Source: Amoebophrya sp. A120
Taxonomy: Eukaryota > Protista > Dinoflagellata
Direction: 5' to 3'
Length of the DNA stretch: 11,952 nucleotides
Assembly: GCA_905178155.1 (NCBI GenBank)
Contig: CAJINV010000074.1
Location: forward strand, 1-11,952
How positions within the stretch are numbered: position 1 is the stretch's first letter; each line of letters starts with the position of its first letter. This document shows, piece after piece, positions 1-9,000 of this stretch. The position numbers were made by a program, and so were the translations under genes. Under the pieces are notes generated by a model. That model was not told the origin of the DNA, did no database searches, and worked only from the letters and a program-made list of their open reading frames with translations.

Positions 1-41
1 GCATCACAAGTTTCCAGACCCAGACATTTTTACATTTGATA
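1..41. mobile_element. Element 1, family A, right end only (truncated by the window)
   Basis: TTCCAGACCCAGACATTTTTACATTTGATA at 12-41 matches the family A right TIR. Confidence 0.85.
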
Positions 42-3000
42 GCTGTCCTGCGAAAACGACTCTCCCCGGGCAAATTTTTCCGACGCGGCCAGGTATTATC
101 CTGAGGAAAAACGTGCCCACCCCATAGTCAAGTTGGGATTGGGAACTTAGCAATACAAATCCAGAAGTTTTGGGAGCACCGCATGACAAGTTGCAGTCCG
201 TAGGTTGTAGTGCAGGTTAGCAACGGAAACCGCATCAAAAATCCATCTGCTTATCGTGTGTCCGGCATTACAAATACCAAAACACGACTGGAAATGCCTC
301 TCTTGGGGATGCGCACTGCAGATGTTCCTGTAGTCGCAAATCTGCATGACAACTCTGGGGTGGGGACATTTTTACACAGAATACGTATTTCGCCAGGTTT
401 CGCCCCGTCAAAACGTAGGCGTCGCGAATCGACTGGGAAAAGGACACTTGCCCGTATTTCTTGAAAATCAAGGAGAAAGCGCTTTGGTCGTCGTTGTGAT
501 TCTTAAACCCCGGGAAATTCGGAAACCCCAATACGTTCGGCTCTTCTGTCAGAATCCGTTTATCCTGCACGGCTTCCAACCACTCTTCTAGGATTTTGAT
601 CGCAAGGGGAGTCTTGCGCACGAGAATGATGCCGGACCCAATTTGATTCGATTCGGCGATGGTGGTGTAGTCCATGTTGAGAATATGGGAAGAAAAAAGC
701 ATTACAGTTACACACTGTGATGTTGCAAGACCGGCACCACAGACAGCCTTTCTCATGCAGGAAATGCTTTGGATTCTCATTCCCTTCCTGTGTTCCACCT
801 TTATGTTTCCTGCATTCCAAGTTTTCTCTCTCATGCAGGGAAAATTTGTGCTGCGGAATTGACAACAAATGTGTAACTCTAACTGTAACACTTTTTTCGT
901 GGGATAGAGAAGGAGGAACGCGTCGCGCTTCGTGAAATCGCCCTCCATCATGGGGTATCAACTGCAAAAGTGTCTGGGTCTGGAAACTTGTAATGCTGTG
1001 TCGGGAATAGTGAAAGCTCTGTAATGCACAGGCAAGCATGAGAAATATCTGCGCTTCTTCGTGTTGCGTTTTTCGCATGACAAACTGCGTTTTCGCATGA
1101 CAGGCAAAAGGGTCTGTCTCTTCTTGGACACGCATCACAAACTTTTCGGTCATGCCAGACAAGCATGACAAATCTCGCAATCTTCCAGACCCACACGTTT
1201 TTGCATTTGATATCGGGGTTAAGGTGGCGGACACGTCGGAACCCCGGAGGTAGCGGGCTATGAAGTGCAAATATGTCTGGGTCTGGAAGGATGCAAGTTT
1301 TGTCATGCAGATTTTGTATGATCCATGCCGCCTGTGATGCATGACCTAGCATGATCGCAGCTTTTGAGGGAGCTTCCTTATGCATATGCCTACTTAATCC
1401 GCATGAGAAATGCCATCTCCGTGTAGCAGAAGCAGTAAACTGGGCTCCTGTTGCCAGTCATACAATACAGATTTTTTTACGATCCAAGGACAGCATCACT
1501 AGTTGCAACGTTCCAGACCCAGACATCTTTGGAGTTGATACGGGCGACTAACGGACGGATGTCGTCGAGAAAGGAGATGCCTGGTAGAAGTCGACGGTGT
1601 AATTCAATCTAAAAATCAATATCAAATTCAAAATCGTACAGAAAAAATAAGTGCACAGTAGAAGCCAAGCTAAAGCCAGCTAATCTTTGTCAGGCAATTA
1701 TTAATCTTCTTTGTGTTGAAAGTCAGCATCGCACCGGACGAAGGGGTGCATTTGTGACTTTTCAAATGTTGTCATCATGATAGTTAAAAATCCGTACAAC
1801 TAAACATAGACGAAAGTTTGTTGAAAGAACCGCTCTATATTCATTTTTCAGATCTCGAATCTTTCTGATAGTCACCACACAATAGCAGCGGATGGCGAAA
1901 AAAGCCTCCCGCTCCTGATTGTCAGAGACAAAATGCGTGGTATCTCAAAAAAGTGTCATCATGCGAGGTGGCACATGTGGTCGTATGGTCCTTGCGGTTG
2001 CGTCGATTCTTTACGTATAATATAAAGCAGAGCAGCTGTGACTAACGAAAAGTGGCGAGAATGTATAGCAGATGAGAAGCGAACAGGTGCAACTGAATCT
2101 ATTAACTATCCGCTGCTAGAAAAACTAAAACTTTATTTCCTTGCATGATTTTCATTTTTGGATCCTGCGCACGATATGATAGAGATAGACATTGAACAAG
2201 TAGTTGTCATAGATTGATAAGAGGTCAGTACAACTTCCGCCAGGAGACAAAGAACGTATCTATCATGTGAAAATCTGTAAAATCATACCTGCGTCGGTCC
2301 ACACGAGTATTTCATTTTCCTTCACTTTCTCCCTCAAGGCCTTGAGAATCACGTACGGTTTCCAAACGTAGTACCCCACTTTCCCGCTCGGCGTTTTGTA
2401 CTGGGTCAGCTCCTATGAAATGCAAAAGTGTCTGGGTCTGGAAGAATGCAAGTTTGTCATGCTTATCTGGCATGACTCGAGAATCTGTGTTGCATAGGCA
2501 CGACAGGGCCCTCTTACCTGTCATGCAAAAACGCAGTTTGCCATGCGGAATACGTAAGACATGGCAGCCAAAAAATTTGTCATGCGTAGCTGCGTGCTGC
2601 AGTGCGTCTATCATTCACTTTTAGCATTACAAGTTTCCAGACCCAGACATTTTTGCATTTGATAGCTCCGGAGTGCGGACGTACTCTAGAAGCTCCTTAT
2701 TTTTCACTATCCTGGGTAAAAACGTCCCCACCCCAGCGTCAAGATGGGGAACCTGTGACGCAAATCAGCCAGCTTCGGCTGTTCTTGCGCATGACATCAA
2801 GTTTGGCCTCGTAGTGTAAAAATCCTGTGCGTTTAGCTAGTTCACCAGCGTCACAGATCTGAAATCGCATGCTGATTGGAGCATCACACGAGGACCCGAG
2901 ACTCAATTATAGAAAATGCTTCTCATGGGGCTCCGCATGAGAAACATTTCAAGCATGCAGATTTGCATGACAACTATGAGGTGGGGAAGTTTTTCTTCAG

Positions 3001-6000
3001 AATATTCGCCGTGAACTCTTCATCCAGATCTTCGGCCACCATCCCGTAGGAAATGTCGCACTTTCCGACGGCCACTGCAGTTTCGGAGGATTTTTTCTGG
3101 TCCTCTTCACAGCAATTCATGGCGAAATTTACATGGACAATTCTCTCGTTGGTCAGGAACTCGGACCCCGGCGGCGTGAAGGAAATTTCCGTTTTTGTAG
3201 TAGCCGCGGGAAGAAGAGAATTCGCCCACGCGGCCTGTTTTTTTTTTTTTTTTGGATATGATGTTGATCCACCTGCTGGATGTCCCGGTTGACAAAAGAG
3301 CCCGAACAACCGATCGCGACTCCAAACAAAAGCAGCCGAACTCACGCCAGAAATACCGTCCGACTTTCATCGTGTTTGACCTTTCCACCTCTTCAAAATG
3401 TATCGCATTGAAAAGCTTTTGTTGCTGCCTTCACAACACACAGCGCCCGCGCCCAGAAAAAACCCGAATCAGGTGCGGTTTGTCTCTACGAGTGCGCACT
3501 TGCACACGACTTGAGGAGGTGTTGGGAAGGCAAAAAGCAACCCAAAATCCTGCCAGAAATGCCGTCCGAGTCAGCTCGTGTTTGACCTTTCCACCTCGTG
3601 GAAATTATCACAGAGAAAAGTTTATGTTGCGGCATTCACAAAGACAACAGATCGCGCCCACGAAAAACCCGAATCAGGTGCGGTTTGCCGACAAGGGCGC
3701 GCACTTGCACATGACTTGAGGGGGTGTTGGGAAGGGAAAAAGCGACCCGAAGTCCTTCCAGAAATACCGTTCGACTCCCCTCGTGTTTGAGCTTTCCACC
3801 TCTTGAAAATTATCGCATTGAAAAGTTTGTGTTGCGCGCTTTTCTTTTCAATAGCAATTTATTTTGAAAATTGGCCAGGGCCGGGCGGGACTGCAATGTT
3901 CCCGAAAAAATTGAAAGAAAACGAACCTCGTGTATGAGCGTGCACAGGCGGCTGGCAGGAACGGCCAAGACAAAATTCGGGATGAGGTCGTTTTTGCAAA
4001 ATTGGCGATAGCCGTGCCTAGCAAAATGCATTGAAAAATTCAAAAAAGACGCGCCTCGCGGGCGAACCCGGACAGGCGCGCGGCAGGAACGGCTAAGACG
4101 AAATTCGCGATGAGGTCACTTTTACAAGATTAGCGATAGTGTCACCATTAAAAATGCACTGAAAAATGGAAAAAACACGCACACTGCGTTTGAGGTCGGC
4201 CGGGTCACCGGCAAAAAGTGCAGACCTCAAGAACACCAAAAAGCCCGCCCGTGCCCTCCCCCGACCGCGGCTATCCGGAGCAAAGCCTTTGCGTTTGCCC
4301 GAGCAAATGATAATGATCTTCTATAGGCCACAAAATAAGACGAATGCGTGGCAACACAACAATGAAGCAGTTGTACTTCTTTCCCATATCATGTTGACAA
4401 ATACCTTTTTCTTCTTTCCCGAAGTTCTACTACCGCCCGCTGGACCTTCGGAGTTGTCTTTTCTCCTCACAATTTTCGTCCCAGTGCTGGCAGCACTGCT
4501 GACCCACTCAAACGCCGCCTTCTCCCCGTCTTTCTCCACCGAGGTTATCAGCGGCGTTTATGCATTGCAAATGTGTCTGGGTCGTCTGGAAACTTGTGAT
4601 GCTGGGGGCGTATCATGAGGAGGCCACAAGTGCTGGCTCAGCATGACAAGTATCTGAGCTCCTTCTACATGTTGTCTATTCTGCATGACAAACTGCGTTC
4701 TTTCTGCATGACAAAATTATGGAGCTCTTGGGTAATGTGCACGAGAGATTTAAGAGTCAGGCCAGACAAGCATGACAAACATGCATTCTTCCAGACCCAG
4801 ACATATTTGCACTTGATAGCGTTGCGTCCCGGACGAAACACTGCCGGTCGTTCTGCTCGAACAGATATCCTCTGCAAAAGCATCGTACTTGTAGTAATCG
4901 CATTTATGCATGACAAATATCTTTTTCAAGGTAAATCAACATGAGAAATTCAATTTGTCATGCTGAGCAAATTTGTAATGCGATTACTACTAGATCTAGA
5001 ACTAGTGCGATGCTTCTGCATTTCATAACAGAGCCGCTTCGTTCGCCGCGGTCGCGTGTAGCACGTTCTCGATGTTTGGTCCGTCGCACGTCACGCCGCC
5101 ATATCAAATGTAAAAATGTCTGGGTCTGGAAGACTGCAAGATTTGTCATGCTGATCTGGCATGGCCCTTAAATCTGTATTGCGTGGCCACAAACAGCCTC
5201 TTCCGCCTGTCATGCAAAAACGCAGTTTCTCATGCGGAATAAGCAGCACAGAAGCACGAAGCAACTTGTCATGCTTGACGGCGCATTACAGTGCATTTGT
5301 TATTGACTGACTTGCATCACAAGTTTCCAGACCCAGACATTTTTGCATTTCATACACCACACACGTCCGCACCCAGCTGCGCGCACAGGTTCATCGCGTG
5401 CTTCAACGATTTAAACTTGTAGTCCTCGAGATTGACCACGCTGCCCGCAAGCGAAACCTTGTCGTGGATTGCCCAACCGTTAATGTAGCGCGACGTTGTA
5501 CTAGCACTTCTTGGGGCGGATGAAGTAGAACCTGTTCCAGCTGCAGCAGTTCTTGTGCCACTACTGCTCTCAACAGAGGGAGGCACAGTCGAACTACTGC
5601 TCCCTACTCGAGTTGTGTAAGAATCCGTTGGGTAAGAAGCGGAAGGCGATACGAGAGAGTTCCACTGCTCGACGTAGCCCTTATGCATTGCAAAGGTATC
5701 GCATTCGTATAGATTTAAATGCATTGCAAATTGAAATTTCCTCAGCATTTGTAATGCATATTTGCCTTGGAAAAAAGATTTGTAATGCAAGACTTGCATT
5801 TGTATGAGTACGATACTTTTGCACAGGATAGCCCTCCATCGGGGTAGTCACGTTCCCGGGCGTGCTATGACAGTGCACAACTTTCCCTCCCCCTCACTTG
5901 TCATGCAAAATCCCAAATCCAGTCGCTCTCGCTTCCCTGTGGCTCTGTTTGCATGAGAAATTTCGAAAACCCAAACAGTACTACAGTAGGCACATAAATT

Positions 6001-9000
6001 TGCAATGCACGGGCTCCAGGGTCGCTGGCGTTTGTATTGCTGTTCATGCGATACACATGAGAGGGAGGGGGAGTTGTGCAGTGTCATACGTGCTCGGTGC
6101 GGCGTAGTAGGACTTCCAGGTCCGTCTTCGGGGCGACACACTGGACCTCGACACCCGGATCGGGTGGTTTGCCGGGCCGATATGCGGTTCTCAGGCGTTG
6201 CACTCTCATGATTTGTCATGCAAAAAGACTATCACTCGTCACACGATCAAGCCTTCTTCGCATGCCAACTTCTCGCTGCGCTAAATACCGCCAGAACAAT
6301 CTGTCCGCCAAAATCTGTAATGCAAAAGGCGCAAGAATCTACTTCCTCCTTTCACTTTTGCCATTCTTGCATTACAAATTCATGATGTAACTGAGAATCT
6401 TCCCATAGCCGATGGTCCCGCTGTAGAGGATATCGTAAATCCGGTGTCGCTCATGTTCCGACATGAGTTTTTGAAGCGAGAAAAACACGATGTTCTCAGA
6501 TTTCCCAAACCACCCGTCGGTAGTGACGAACGTGTTTTCCGATTCGTAGAAGTGGATGAAAAACAAGTGGTAGTGAAGAAAATCGTCCTCTGCGAAGGAA
6601 ACCGTCGGCACCCGATCCGTCATGAAGGGGCCGAAACAGAGCCGGTCTAAAGCCCGCGGTAAGTACGTGAATGGGAAGAAGTAAACCAGGGACAACAAAT
6701 CGGTCAAAAACAGCAACCCGCGGTTCGATCCTTTCACGGCTAACAAGTCCATCCCTCGGGTTTTGTGCGGATTGAAGAATTCCGTTTCGACATTGACGTC
6801 CTTTACCCACAGGTAGGGGAACGGATTCCGGACCCAGAAGTGACTGATAGAAACGTACGCCATGTCCATCCCTGCGAGAACGCCGATCCGCATGTAGCCG
6901 AGAACGGACAAGAAGCTGGAGGATTCGGACAACTTCGGTAAACACATGTATTTCTCCAAAGTGTGGTCCAGTTTGGACAACTGCCCGGACGCGACCGACT
7001 TGCACTGCAAATCCAGGCTGTTCTGCTGTTGCGGATCACTGGACAACACGATCCCCAACCCCCCCTGCTTCATACTGTATTTCGCCCGGCGGAGCCAGTT
7101 TTTCAACCAAGTAATGCTCCCCTTATCGACGCTGGTCAAGACGATCCGGTTATTTCGCTGAATTTTCGACAACCGCCAGTAGATCTCGTTGTTGTCCTCT
7201 TTGGTGAGCACCCGCTTCTGCAGGATCTGGGCCTGCATTTCCTCGGTTATGGACGATTGTGGGATAACGTTGACGGCGTGCGGTTTGGCTTGACTGGAGT
7301 TGGGGTCTCCGGAGGAGTTCTGTGCGCTGCTATCTGTGTTCGCATTGCTTGGGTGCACCGGGTAGTCGCTACTACCGTCATTTTCGTTGTAAAATTCGTC
7401 TTCATCTTCCGGTTGCTTAGCCGATACAGACGGTGTGGTGGCGTCCGAGACAGAGCCAGAGGCCGCTATATTCCCACCGGATGATAACGGCATCACCGCT
7501 TCGTCTCGTATGATCCCCGTTTCGCCCTCCGTCCCCTCGTTCTGGTAGTCTGCGTTGTATCAAATGCAAAAATGTCTGGGTCTGGAAGAATACAAACTTG
7601 TGATGCGCATTTCAGCACACAGAAAAATCTCTGATGCATAGGTAGCAAAAGCTGCCCACTTTCTGTCACCAAAGTGGGGGATTTGTCGTGCGCAGTCGGC
7701 ATTGCGGAAGCTTTTCGAAACCTGTGATGCTAGAGCTTCCATGCCAGACCTTCTGCGTCATGCAAAAACAGCATGACTCTTGCAGACCCAGACATTTTTA
7801 CATTTGATACGTTGGAGACCGCTTCCATTTCCATGGGTTTTTTGATCAACTTAATGATCGACTCTTTCACCTGTTCGGTGTAGAGCCCCATGTCACCCAC
7901 CCGCCAGTCCCAGGGGTTCTTCGAATCCATATATTTCGGTGGAGAGTCTAAATCGTCGGTCAACGCCGCTTCCGGCAGATCCAATTTTTGCTTCTTCATC
8001 TCGTTCAATAGATGAACAATCCCAAAGAGCCGCCAGCGGGAATACAGCAATTGGTGCTTCCGGTTCCATATAAAATGCAAATATGGCTAGGTCTGGGAGC
8101 TTGTGATGCAAGGAAGGGAATTATAGGGAGCACACTGATGCATTATTTAATGCGCTGCCAAGCATGACATAGTTTTTCCGTGGTTCTGAGTTGCGTACTC
8201 CGCATGAGAAACTGCGGCTTTGCATGACACGGAAGAGGAGCTCATCTTCGCGGCCACGCAGTACAAAGCTCAGAGTCAACATGCCAGACCAGCATGACAA
8301 CTCTCGCTACCTCCTACCAGAGCACCCAGACATATTTGCGATGCTTATTCCAGATCTGCTCGATCTGCTGGAATCCCCGCTCCAACATGCGGTAAACATC
8401 GCCGTCGGAAAGTAGTATCGCGAACATGCGGAGCGCGTTGGCGGCGATAACGCCGAATGGACACTGGTTGATGACGTCGGAAATGGTGGAGGAAGTCGCA
8501 CTATCAACTGCAAATAGAAATATGTCTGGCTCTGGAAGAGTGCAAACTTGTATTGCGTGTCGAGGAGTCCAGAAAAATCTGTATTGCATGAAAGCAACAA
8601 AAGCGCCACAGTTTGGTGATCAAAAAATACAGTCTGTAATGCGTACTAAGGATGAGAATGCTACACTACTCTTACAGACGCAGTCACTCATGGCCATTCA
8701 GCATCACAAGTTTCCCGACCCAGACATTTTTGCAGTGCATACGCACTGTGCTCTACACTGCTCTGCGACTTGAAGATCACCCCGTCCGCGTGGCTTATCG
8801 CCCACCCGTATCCTGTGTAAAGACGTCTCCTCCCCAGGGTTGTCATGCAAATCTGCATGCTGAAAATGTTTCTCATGCGGAGCCCCATGAGAAGCATTTT
8901 CCAGTGGTGTTTTGGAATTTGTCATGCTCCAATCAGCATGATATACTAGATCTGTGATGCTGCTGAGCTAGCTCAAACAGCATTGCACTACGGGTCCAAA

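Larger units (their letters stand above)
42..3150 (-). other. C-terminal GT-A-like glycosyltransferase-type domain of the gene (spliced)
   Basis: Spliced peptide: IVHVNFAMNCCEEDQKK...LDEEFTAKNKELL...GYYVWKPYVILKAL...ILVWTDAG...EGDFTKRDAFLLLNMD...NQIGSGIILVRKT...EEWL...DKRILTEEPNVLGFPNFPGFKNHNDDQSAFSLIFKKY. The WKP / xDAG / TKRD / HxxDQS motif order is recognised from memory as an uncharacterised glycosyltransferase-like family; not searched. Confidence 0.7.
3235..4404 (-). other. Probable canonical GT-AG intron, 1170 bp, containing tandem repeats
   Basis: Donor AAG|GTATTT at 4405/4404 and acceptor A16-CAG|GCC at 3235/3234 keep phase 0 (GKKKK|AAWANS). The junction lies in an unconserved linker, so the exact sites are less certain. 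Confidence 0.65.
4490..5480 (-). other. Small Cys-containing PAN/apple-like module following a Ser/Thr-rich linker
   Basis: Spliced peptide FKSLKHAMNLCAQLGADVCGGVTCDG...QCFVRDATPLITS, built across four exons; Cys spacing suggests a PAN/apple-like fold. Confidence 0.45.

Noticed and set aside
6372-7496. Stand-alone 374-aa gene (likewise ORFs 268..951, 2974..3345, 5350..5799, 7730..8080, 10663..11202)
   Set aside because: Each is an exon of the single large gene reading into flanking element or intron sequence.
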